A stretch of DNA of 36,508 nucleotides, taken from assembly GCA_001823105.1 (NCBI GenBank), contig MHTO01000004.1:1-36508 (forward strand). Direction: 5' to 3'. The translations under genes were made by a program, and so were the position numbers. The notes beneath the pieces are model-generated. The model did not search any database. It saw only the letters and a program-made list of their open reading frames with translations, and was not told the DNA's origin. This document shows, piece by piece, positions 26,611-35,255 of this stretch (the first letter of the stretch is position 1; the number at the start of each line of letters is the position of its first letter). This DNA is from Candidatus Wildermuthbacteria bacterium GWA2_46_15 (lineage in GTDB: Bacteria > Patescibacteriota > Minisyncoccia > Minisyncoccales > GWA2-46-15).

Positions 26611-28068
26611 TTATTCTGTTAGATCAAGCCATTCAATATATGCGCGTATTGAATCCGAAAAGCCAGAAACGTAACCCTGAAGCAAATACTCATTCAGCAA
26701 AGGCTTAAGCCCAGCATTAAGGATGCTTTTAGTGTTACTACCCCCATCTAGGAAGTATGCATGCCCAGGCATAAGTGAAAATGCCTCATTCGTGGCCTCT
26801 TCCATAAATATAAAGAATAATCTCTGGAAAGCATCCTTCATCCGCTGACTAGCGCCCATACTTTGTAAAACATTTACATCTGGCCATAAGGAGATGAATG
26901 AAAACCTGCGCCTAACCGCTATATCCAGAATTGCAATACTTCTATCCGCACTATTCATGGTCCCAAGTATATGCAAATTGCCTGGCAGCTTAACCTTTTT
27001 GTCAAAAGGGACCCCGAAATCATGAAAGACTTTAATCTCACGGTCCGGCTCTGTCGGCTCAAAGAGGAATATCGCCTCTCCGAGCACTTTTGCCAGGTCT
27101 GCACGGTTAATCTCATCTATATGCAACAAATAATTTTTATCTGGATTTTTAGAGGCTTCTGCGGCCGCGTCCATCAGATGTCCCCGCCGAGGAGTGAACT
27201 GCAGTCCAGTATTGTTCGCGCCCTGTGAAGGAGCTAAGCCACCAATAAAAGTTTCATAGGTGGTCCCAGGGTGGAATTGGATGCTGGCGCCTTTCCCTTC
27301 ATAAGGTCCTGTAATTAACTTCTCGGCTAATCTTGTTTTGCCGGTACCAGGAGGGCCCTCAATAATAACAAAGCGCCTCAAATTCAAGAGTGCAGACACT
27401 TCTGCTTCTGTCGTATTCGGCATTGCTTTAGATACCCACTCATCCGTAGCGGCTTTTTTCTCCGGCTGGAATGGGGTAAGTGGCTCAAGGCCACGCTCTT
27501 CTGCAAATACATCACAGAAGGTATGGGCTCCCTTTTCAATTAAAGACAACGCCGCTGGATCATCAGAAATAAACATCGCGTATAAAACCTTTTCATATTT
27601 ATCAGTCGCTGTTTTATAGTTATTTAGCCGACCAGAAACATACTTAGGCATGCCCAGATCAATGCGGACCGGGTCCGGCTTAGCCCATGTAATATCTTTT
27701 CTAGCTAGATGGCTTAACCACCTGGAAATAGCCAGAACCTTCCTTGCATGGCCAGGCCGGCTTAATGCCTGCTCGTCAGGACTTAGTCCATTAGTGCCAA
27801 TTCCCAGGCAAATAAGCGCCGGGGCATCTTTGGAAGGGAATATAACAAAACTCATCCCGCCATATGGGCCACTTTTAGGTTGGCCAGCGGGGATAAATGC
27901 CGCGAATGGTGCAGCATCTTCATTCGTTTCCCCATTTACGCGTATTTGAATCTTTTTATCCCATTTCGCCCCATATCGTTCCCGTGCAAATCTCTCAAGA
28001 TCTGCTTTTGCAGAATCTGCCCAGGACCCATCCAATCTTTTAACAATCAATTCAGATAATGCCGACAT
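26611..28068 (-). CDS. mcrB: McrB-like AAA+ GTPase
   Basis: IIEGPPGTGKT, IQFHPGTTYETFIGG, IDEINRA, McrB signature GTMNSADRSIAILDIAVRRRF, PGHAYF. RBS GGAGG. Confidence 0.93.
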   Translation of the reverse strand: MSALSELIVKRLDGSWADSAKADLERFARERYGAKWDKKIQIRVNGETNEDAAPFAAFIPAGQPKSGPYGGMSFVIFPSKDAPALICLGIGTNGLSPDEQALSRPGHARKVLAISRWLSHLARKDITWAKPDPVRIDLGMPKYVSGRLNNYKTATDKYEKVLYAMFISDDPAALSLIEKGAHTFCDVFAEERGLEPLTPFQPEKKAATDEWVSKAMPNTTEAEVSALLNLRRFVIIEGPPGTGKTRLAEKLITGPYEGKGASIQFHPGTTYETFIGGLAPSQGANNTGLQFTPRRGHLMDAAAEASKNPDKNYLLHIDEINRADLAKVLGEAIFLFEPTEPDREIKVFHDFGVPFDKKVKLPGNLHILGTMNSADRSIAILDIAVRRRFSFISLWPDVNVLQSMGASQRMKDAFQRLFFIFMEEATNEAFSLMPGHAYFLDGGSNTKSILNAGLKPLLNEYLLQGYVSGFSDSIRAYIEWLDLTE

Positions 28069-28140
28069 AAAGTGCCTCCGTTCTAGTTAAAAATTACAGA
28101 TATCAAACATATTTAAAACAAATTACTCCCCTAAGCTTAA

Positions 28141-30411
28141 TTATGGCAGAATTCTGGGCGGGGTTAAATCCATCTCCCACCCGTATTCTTTGGTATCTTC
28201 AATCGACTTTGGTGAAGGAAAGCCCTCACTCTCTGCGATTGCCTGAACAAATGCCCCAAGTTGCTTCTCCCCTAGTATAAAATCCTTATATGCTTGCCTT
28301 TGCTTTGCATATCTCCATATCCTATCATCATAGCCCCCAGGGTACTTAAGTAGCTCCATAGTTATATCAGTGCCTTTAACAAGGTCTCGGTAAATACGGC
28401 CGGTCCGTTGCTCAATAACAGTGGGATTCCAATGCAGGTCATGGTGAATTACGTTGCTGCAAGCTTTTTGCATATCCAGACCTTCCCCGCCAATCTGACT
28501 CACAAGCAGAATATGTGGTGGGACCCCTGTGGAGTTGAAGGCCTCTAAAACCCTAGTCCTCCGCGCCCTGGAGCTTTCACCTGTAAATTTCTCGACTATT
28601 CCATATTGTCTAAAAGGTAATCTCCCTATTAGCTTATTATACTTAGGAGTGTTTTCTGGCTTACTAATGAAACCGCGAAGCCTGGCGCGCATCTGCCTTA
28701 CAGAAATTCTTTCCCCACCTTCTCGAGTAAAGTCTTCAGAGATTCTCTTTAATACTTCCTTCCAGTGTTTGATTAAATCTGGGTAGCCACTTCCTCTAAA
28801 CCGCATGATTCCACGAACAAGTGCGTCATGTATGCATACTCTTTCTTCGAATTCCAATCCCTCGCAATCTTTAACAAACATTTCTTCTAAAGACTGCAAG
28901 TTTATCCCAGCGTCATTAAGTATGCGTTGTGCCTTTCTCCACACCTTATTGTTTTTGATAGGCTTTTTTTTGCCCGCTAATAGGGGCTTCCCTTCAAATT
29001 CACAAACAATTCCATTTCTTTTTTCCAATAAGGTTTTCTGTGCTTTCGCTATAGTCGACAAGTGATTAAAGAAAACAACTACCTTCTGTGATTGCTTCCC
29101 ATTGCCCAACAATAAGCATCTAACTCTTTCAATCAAGACGCGCACCTTGGCGTGCGTCCAACCTGAAAACAATTCATCCACTTTTCCTTCCTTCAGATTA
29201 AATCTTTTAATTATCTTTTTATGAGGATGCGCCTGGGCAGCCTGGAACTTGCCCCGATGCAACGCAGCATGTGCCGAGCAAAGCCTGCTATAACCATTTG
29301 GGAGAAATTTCCCACCGGGAGGCGGCTCATCATCAAACTGCCCATACTTTGCATGGGCATTTTGCCGGAGGTAGGCACGCCCAAAGAGATATAAAGCTGT
29401 ATCTGCTGCCTCAAGCTTAAACGATGGAGTATGCTCCTCAACTTTTGGTTTGGTATTTCTTATTACCAGAGCGCGCAAATACTCATCAAGACCATCCTGC
29501 GCACGGTGCCCAACTTCAACGCCAAAAGTGCGGCCAGTGGGATCTAATGGCGCGTCAAAGTTTATATCAATGCAATTCAGGAGTTCTTTAAACTCTTGTT
29601 TTATAGTGCGGGGATCCCCGTCTTTAATCAATTTATCTAATTCCGTATCAAGAAGCTTAAGGCTATATTTGATTGCGTTAACAATAGAGGGCTGAAGAGG
29701 CATTTTCCCGCCTGCTTTAAGGTCTGAGATAAGTTCAAAATCAGGCTCATATTTTAAGTCTAGGAAATGCAATAAATGAATAAGCTCCTGCCGACTATCA
29801 CACTGGAATGGCGTCGCAGATAAAAAAAGGAAAGGGCAGGTTTTTTTATTGTCACGTATACGCTGAAGGGCCCTGGAAAGTTGTGTGGAACATTTACGTG
29901 CCTTGTGGGCCTCGTCCAACACAAGCAAATCTAGTTTTGAAACCCATCCTGGCAATTTGCCTCTTGTAAGCTTTCCCGCTTTACTTGTAGGAAACAAGCG
30001 TATACTTGATTTTTCCCCATCTGCAGCTCGCCCCATGGCTTTTAAAACCTTTTTAAGGGGTGTATTACCTTTAATGCCGGGCATTGCTGCCTTACAGAAT
30101 AAACGAATTTCTTCTTGCCATTTCTGAATAAGGCCTGGGGGAAGAAGAAATGCGGCGCGGCGGCCTGTTGTGTGGCTAGCAAGATAAAGCGCTGCCGTTG
30201 CCAAAGCCTCCCATGTTTTCCCCATTCCAACTTCGTCCGCCAGTAAAGCTCCGGCTCGCCCCGACATTAGCCGGGGGCCCTCCCCTTTAAGGGCCTGCAA
30301 TGCGGCCGCCACAGCCCGACCTTGATGCGGTCGAAGAACAGTCTTCCCTTTCTTGGGAAAAGCCCAAAAAGAAGGTCCACCCCACCGTAATGGCTTTTGC
30401 CGGCGGCTCAT
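28141..30411 (-). CDS. SNF2-like helicase (Azaca ZacC-like)
   Basis: ALLADEVGMGKTWEA, VLDEAHK, LSATPFQ, SQIGGEGLDMQ, HHDLHWNPTVIEQRTGRIYR. Start set at ATG 30411, which overlaps the upstream TGA (ATGA). Confidence 0.88.
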   Translation of the reverse strand: MSRRQKPLRWGGPSFWAFPKKGKTVLRPHQGRAVAAALQALKGEGPRLMSGRAGALLADEVGMGKTWEALATAALYLASHTTGRRAAFLLPPGLIQKWQEEIRLFCKAAMPGIKGNTPLKKVLKAMGRAADGEKSSIRLFPTSKAGKLTRGKLPGWVSKLDLLVLDEAHKARKCSTQLSRALQRIRDNKKTCPFLFLSATPFQCDSRQELIHLLHFLDLKYEPDFELISDLKAGGKMPLQPSIVNAIKYSLKLLDTELDKLIKDGDPRTIKQEFKELLNCIDINFDAPLDPTGRTFGVEVGHRAQDGLDEYLRALVIRNTKPKVEEHTPSFKLEAADTALYLFGRAYLRQNAHAKYGQFDDEPPPGGKFLPNGYSRLCSAHAALHRGKFQAAQAHPHKKIIKRFNLKEGKVDELFSGWTHAKVRVLIERVRCLLLGNGKQSQKVVVFFNHLSTIAKAQKTLLEKRNGIVCEFEGKPLLAGKKKPIKNNKVWRKAQRILNDAGINLQSLEEMFVKDCEGLEFEERVCIHDALVRGIMRFRGSGYPDLIKHWKEVLKRISEDFTREGGERISVRQMRARLRGFISKPENTPKYNKLIGRLPFRQYGIVEKFTGESSRARRTRVLEAFNSTGVPPHILLVSQIGGEGLDMQKACSNVIHHDLHWNPTVIEQRTGRIYRDLVKGTDITMELLKYPGGYDDRIWRYAKQRQAYKDFILGEKQLGAFVQAIAESEGFPSPKSIEDTKEYGWEMDLTPPRILP

Positions 30412-32252
30412 GAGTGCCTCCTTTTCATGACTTTTTCTTTTATTCTGGGGACATATTCTGTTTGACCTTCTATCCACATTCCGCTTTGGGCCCATCGCCC
30501 TAGCTGTTTTATAATGCGGGAATCTTTTTTAAAAATATCGCCACGCCAAGCGGAAAAGCCTTTCCTAATCTGCCTAAAGATATTCGGCTCATTCTCTCCA
30601 ATCTTATCTGAGTTGCTTTGTACAGCAAGTAGCCGAGTAGCTAGAAACAAATAGCAGCCCGTGCGCACTTTCTCCGGTATTACATCAGAGAGACAATCTA
30701 AATGCATCTTTTCTCGCCATAATTCTTCCAGTAATCCCATATGAGAGGGGTAAGGGTTTTTAAGATCTTCACCAATAGCCTTGCAAACACTTAAGGATCG
30801 CCGCTCATACTCATCTAACTCAGCGTAAACGCCTCCCTCCTGTGAGACGCCATCCCCCGGCTTCCCCCCAGGCCTAGGTTTTTGATGGACACCAGTCCCT
30901 AAATTAGGATTTCCTCCCCATAAAGACTCCGCGCCCTCTGGTTCAGGATCAATAGTTTCAAGTAAGGTCAACTGGCCTTTTAATCCACCCCAGACAACTG
31001 TCACACGCGCCTCATTTCTTAAAGCAGCTTCTACTTTTCCTCTTTGGTTTTCTGGCAATTGATACAGCCCTGGCCCTTTCTTTGTGGAATAGCTGTTAAG
31101 ATTAAACCGCTTTTTATTAATTTCCAGAAAAGGAAGCATGGCAGGAAGCTCCGCAGAGGACTGCGCCCAAATCTCAACGGTTCCACTTGCCGGCATGTAC
31201 CAGGCAATGAGTCCCTCTGTTTCTATCTCAACCTCTCCATCTTCCGGCTTATCCCAGGTCAGGGTATCGTCTGATGGAAGCTTTTGCGTAGGGACTGAAT
31301 AGTAGAATTCTCTAAATCCTTTTTTTGATACTGGGAGAGCAATCATACATTCAGCACGATGCCGGGATAAGCTTCCGGCTTTCTTGAAAAGCCCTGGCTC
31401 AGTAGCATTGGCAGAGCCGGTAACAAGAAGCCCCCCTCCGTTAAAACACTCAAAGGCTAAGACCTTAGAATGAGGAAACTGTGAAACCAACTTACCCTTG
31501 GCTATATAAAGACGGTCTTTCCATTTTTTCATCCCCTGAAGGATCCGCTTTGATTTATGCTCCATTGCAGGAACAACTATTTTAATCTGACTGCGAGAAA
31601 GTGAAAACTTATCAACCAAGCCGTCCACCGCCACGCTAGAAAGATATGGAGAGAAAACCGTAAGACTTTTGACTGGTTTCCCCTTAAGCAACCTTTTGAT
31701 TCCATCTGCTATGGATTCATTATCATTATCTAACCACCGGGGCTCATCCTGCCCGGGGCGGTTATGCAAGCCAGCCTCAAGTTGGCTAAGTCTTTTTATC
31801 CAGGTAGGATCCACATGCCAAGGGAGTTTGGCAAAACGGTTTTTAAGCCACCTAACTGCACCTAAAACCAAATGCTGCGAGGGTTGCGCAATTAGACTGA
31901 ATATCTCAAGATTATCCCCACCGAAACCAGGTGCTGTTAAGTTTGCACTGGAAACAGAAAGGGCGACTCCGGTTGTTCCACGGGAAAGCACTATTTTCCC
32001 ATGTATTCCATTAGAAGGATCCGCAAAGACCGTTCTAAAGCTTTTATTCTGAGACACTTTATGTCGGGCGCCTGTTTTATCACTAAGTATAAGAAGCTGC
32101 CCCAGATTAAGATCTTCGCTTCTAACTAAGTCATCAATATGGTTTTCATTAAACTCATAAGTGGTTGCGATGGACCATTTTGCCCCACCAATTTCTTCGG
32201 CAGCTTTTGAAATAGCGTCAACTGGATCTTTGAATAAGTGATTAGCAGGCAT
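30408..32252 (-). CDS. Phospholipase D-superfamily nuclease-like protein with two HxK motifs
   Basis: IHGKIVL...SSANLT...NLE and VFSPY...PHSKVLAFE...TGSANAT. Overlaps both neighbouring genes. Confidence 0.85.
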   Translation of the reverse strand: MPANHLFKDPVDAISKAAEEIGGAKWSIATTYEFNENHIDDLVRSEDLNLGQLLILSDKTGARHKVSQNKSFRTVFADPSNGIHGKIVLSRGTTGVALSVSSANLTAPGFGGDNLEIFSLIAQPSQHLVLGAVRWLKNRFAKLPWHVDPTWIKRLSQLEAGLHNRPGQDEPRWLDNDNESIADGIKRLLKGKPVKSLTVFSPYLSSVAVDGLVDKFSLSRSQIKIVVPAMEHKSKRILQGMKKWKDRLYIAKGKLVSQFPHSKVLAFECFNGGGLLVTGSANATEPGLFKKAGSLSRHRAECMIALPVSKKGFREFYYSVPTQKLPSDDTLTWDKPEDGEVEIETEGLIAWYMPASGTVEIWAQSSAELPAMLPFLEINKKRFNLNSYSTKKGPGLYQLPENQRGKVEAALRNEARVTVVWGGLKGQLTLLETIDPEPEGAESLWGGNPNLGTGVHQKPRPGGKPGDGVSQEGGVYAELDEYERRSLSVCKAIGEDLKNPYPSHMGLLEELWREKMHLDCLSDVIPEKVRTGCYLFLATRLLAVQSNSDKIGENEPNIFRQIRKGFSAWRGDIFKKDSRIIKQLGRWAQSGMWIEGQTEYVPRIKEKVMKRRHS

Positions 32253-33501
32253 TTCTGTTCTCCAGTGAAACCTTTAGGTCTCTCCCAAAGCGCCATGCTT
32301 GCTGAAGACGCAATGACCCAGCATAATTGCCAGAAAAACTATTAAAAAGATCCTTATCACCTACTACCATCGAGCTGCCATAGCCGGAAACATAACCTTT
32401 CCCAGCTTTACGGGCACATTCTTTAGCATATTCAGTCAGATCTTCTCGGGAATTAATTCCAGAAAGAAGTTGTGCAAGTTTTAGTGGTGTACCACTATCA
32501 GCGCAATGACCATCCACCTCTATTAGGGCCGCTTTGTCGTCAGGCTGATTTTGCAGCAAGCCCTTAACTCTTTGTATTAACTTATATGGGTCTATCTGAT
32601 GAAGATGATTGGGCTTAGTCGGGACATCTTCTTTTAATTTATGAAAAGCCCAATCATATAATGACCGCGTTGCCGCAAACACCAAAGCGCGCCCTAATGC
32701 AGCACGATATAATCTTCTCTTGGTGTGCTGCGCGGGCTGCGGGTGTTTGTATAAGAAATCGTGGGTCCATGTGTCAGGGCTAGGAAGATGTGAGGCTGCA
32801 GCTACTGAAAACAGAGTGTCCTTTAAATAGCCGGAGTGGAGATTGTGCCCTAAACCGCTTTTAGGGAGAGGCTGGTTTGCTAAACAAGCAGCCAATTCCC
32901 TAAATAAATGTAGCCGGCTGCCATCCAGGGATAAGACTTTATTTATGCGACTTTCTCGTAAAAGACTAGGTGTATTGCCCCTGGCTATCTTTGTTAAGGT
33001 TGCGCGCGTGTTTTGGAAACCAGAAAGGTATTTTTCAGGGGCCCTTGCTTTTATTTTTTCGGGCAAAGAATCCCACAGCCGTGCGTAGCGTTCCCGCGGT
33101 CCAAGTACAACCAGGCTTGAGATCCCGGTTTCCCAGCCGGCTGGCTTAGGTTTTTTTATAGGCAATCCGGCAAGAGTCCTAAGACCATAAAGCACAAACT
33201 TCTTTTTCAACCGGGCGGGGTAATTCGCCCAAGCATGCTGCCATACAAGCCTAGTATAAGCAGAATCTTCATCTTTTCCAGCTACACTTTTTGAGAAAGA
33301 CTCAGCCCACCCATGAAACACAAGATACATTAGGTGGTCTGTCTGTGAGGTCAGGCCCGGGCCAGAAGAATTTGAAGAGCGAAAAAGATCATCAGCCATT
33401 GAGTCAAGAATTACTTGAGCCCGTAGAGGGTCCCTACGACCTTCATCATCGTTTTGAAGCTCATGTTCAGTTGACCAAAAAATCGGCAAATATTCTTTCA
33501 T
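32242..33501 (-). CDS. Hypothetical protein, DUF6361/ZacA-like
   Basis: N-terminal RDPL...MADDLF...PGLTSQT...YLVF..W resembles the recalled D(P/E)LG...LFPG.T..T...Y..F..W motif of proteins that precede PLD-SNF2 pairs. Confidence 0.6.
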   Translation of the reverse strand: MKEYLPIFWSTEHELQNDDEGRRDPLRAQVILDSMADDLFRSSNSSGPGLTSQTDHLMYLVFHGWAESFSKSVAGKDEDSAYTRLVWQHAWANYPARLKKKFVLYGLRTLAGLPIKKPKPAGWETGISSLVVLGPRERYARLWDSLPEKIKARAPEKYLSGFQNTRATLTKIARGNTPSLLRESRINKVLSLDGSRLHLFRELAACLANQPLPKSGLGHNLHSGYLKDTLFSVAAASHLPSPDTWTHDFLYKHPQPAQHTKRRLYRAALGRALVFAATRSLYDWAFHKLKEDVPTKPNHLHQIDPYKLIQRVKGLLQNQPDDKAALIEVDGHCADSGTPLKLAQLLSGINSREDLTEYAKECARKAGKGYVSGYGSSMVVGDKDLFNSFSGNYAGSLRLQQAWRFGRDLKVSLENRNAC

Positions 33502-33520
33502 GCGTCCCCTTGCTGCACTT

Positions 33521-33976
33521 CTATTTAGCTGCCCCGAGAAAATCCGGTAATTTATCTATTTTAATACGCGCTAACTCTGCGGGTTTCTCTTTCCCCAGGG
33601 CGGCCAGATTTAGATACCCCTTATACCGCGTATCTGGAGATACCTGAATTAAAGATGCCGTTTCTTTTGTTATAAAGAAAATCCCTGGTTTTTTAGTTGC
33701 ATATGTGACTGCGAGGATTAATATATAGTTATCTCTAAAATCGCTAGGACACAGCAATTTATTAAAATCTGAACCATAACTGTCACGTATTGTTTTAATT
33801 TGAATATCAAAATACTTAAGCCGGCCATCTTCCGCAAAACGCAGTATCGCATCTATGCCCTGATCATCTGCTATCGTTAGATATAGGTCGAACCCTGACT
33901 TCATCAAATCAAATATCACCTCCATTTCACTGATTTTCCCTTTACGAGCAGTTTCCATTTCTTCCCATTTCAACAT
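33521..33976 (-). CDS. Small PD-(D/E)xK (QxK variant) nuclease
   Basis: KGKISEMEV...DDQGIDAIL...DIQIKT. Confidence 0.8.
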   Translation of the reverse strand: MLKWEEMETARKGKISEMEVIFDLMKSGFDLYLTIADDQGIDAILRFAEDGRLKYFDIQIKTIRDSYGSDFNKLLCPSDFRDNYILILAVTYATKKPGIFFITKETASLIQVSPDTRYKGYLNLAALGKEKPAELARIKIDKLPDFLGAAK

Positions 33977-34076
33977 ACATATACCTTTTCCATTTGTTTA
34001 TTTGCTTAAAACAACCAAAGGCGCTTCCCTATTACCTCTTTTCATTTTTAAGGGGCCACTTATCTATTATTTACTC

Positions 34077-34742
34077 TCACCTTCTAATATCTAAAGGGAC
34101 ATATGCATCTGTATTAATATACTCTGAGTTTATACATATCATCCGTGACCCCTCGCGTGGGTCGAACCTTATAGGCCCACTACCTTGTGGCTTAAACACT
34201 ACAAGCAAGGCCTGCATATCAACCTGAATTTTATCGCCATAGAATTCAGTCGCCCTATGAAAAAAATCTTTTAAGATAGAAAACAACACGGTGCCCTGCC
34301 TCAAAGGATTTTGCAACCCTAATGCCCGTGTAATTTCTTCTAGATATCCTTCTATTCCTTCTCCCCTATGTTGCGCCCACACATTAAGGAGTCTAGTTAA
34401 AACGTTAACTCGTACAATTTCCTGATTGTGATTTAGAGAGATCCTTCTATTTCTGGCGGGGCCTTTAATTTCATCTGAATGATCCCATTTGCTTTCACCG
34501 ACAATCCAATAGCCTTTTTGTTTATCCTTGGTTTTAGCGAATATTATAAAGTCCGGCTCACCAACCTGAGCCCTCCCAAAACTTGGACGGTAAAATGTTA
34601 CAGTTGTACCTTTTCCTAATGTAATAGGCGAAGGCAGAACTAGCTCTCTTTGTAACTGATTAGATAGCCGACTAAGCTTAGTCGGTGATATTAGATATGA
34701 AAGCGTTAACGCATCTTCCCCGTAACCAATTACCTCTGCCAT
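34077..34742 (-). CDS. Putative PD-(D/E)xK nuclease
   Basis: GYGEDALT...YRPSFGR...GEPDFII...IVGESKW (E-PD-ExK arrangement). RBS AGGGGG. Confidence 0.7.
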   Translation of the reverse strand: MAEVIGYGEDALTLSYLISPTKLSRLSNQLQRELVLPSPITLGKGTTVTFYRPSFGRAQVGEPDFIIFAKTKDKQKGYWIVGESKWDHSDEIKGPARNRRISLNHNQEIVRVNVLTRLLNVWAQHRGEGIEGYLEEITRALGLQNPLRQGTVLFSILKDFFHRATEFYGDKIQVDMQALLVVFKPQGSGPIRFDPREGSRMICINSEYINTDAYVPLDIRR

Positions 34743-34791
34743 CGTCTATCCCCCTAATAATTCCGATAAACCTTATCTAACCCAAATCCAG

Positions 34792-35220
34792 TCACAACAA
34801 ATGTGTCGATTTAAAATTATTGATATCCGGCCGAAGCAAGTTTTTAAAGGCTTTGCGGTTATTAGGGCCTTTCTGTGCCTGGCCCCGCCATTTCTTCATT
34901 AGATTGCGCCATGGGCTTGTAGGTGTTAATGCTTGAAAACAATCCCTTGGCAAATGACCCTTCAAATCATTTAAGGCATAACAAACCAGCTGAAAATGTA
35001 TCCTGCTACCGGGAGAAATATGATCTACCGCCGCATAAAGGGGATGACAGCCCTTCCCCCCTTGTACGGGAGTACCTTTCTTCTTATCGAAAACCATTTT
35101 CACCTGGGATAAGGCACAGCGCCCCTTCTGCCGTATCACCAGAGTGCGTAGGGCACTGGGAGGCAGTCCTTGTTTCTTTTTAGACGCCCATGCCTTTTGT
35201 GTCCTGCTCAGCTTATACAC
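34792..35220 (-). CDS. HNH-like endonuclease
   Basis: QKGRCALS...AVDHISP...QLVCYALNDLKG. GGAGG RBS before the GTG start. Confidence 0.7.
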   Translation of the reverse strand: MYKLSRTQKAWASKKKQGLPPSALRTLVIRQKGRCALSQVKMVFDKKKGTPVQGGKGCHPLYAAVDHISPGSRIHFQLVCYALNDLKGHLPRDCFQALTPTSPWRNLMKKWRGQAQKGPNNRKAFKNLLRPDINNFKSTHLL

Positions 35221-35255
35221 ATAACCTCCAAAAGGTTCTGCAATGTCGTGGATTA

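Noticed and set aside
30412..30495. Longer start for the SNF2 gene at 30495
   Set aside because: It needs an 88-nt overlap with the PLD gene. The ATGA-coupled start at 30411 is more plausible.
16167..33501. Assignment to DISARM, BREX, Druantia or Zorya
   Set aside because: Signature partners (DUF1998 DrmB, methyltransferase, PglZ/BrxC, DruE, ZorAB) are not present in the window.
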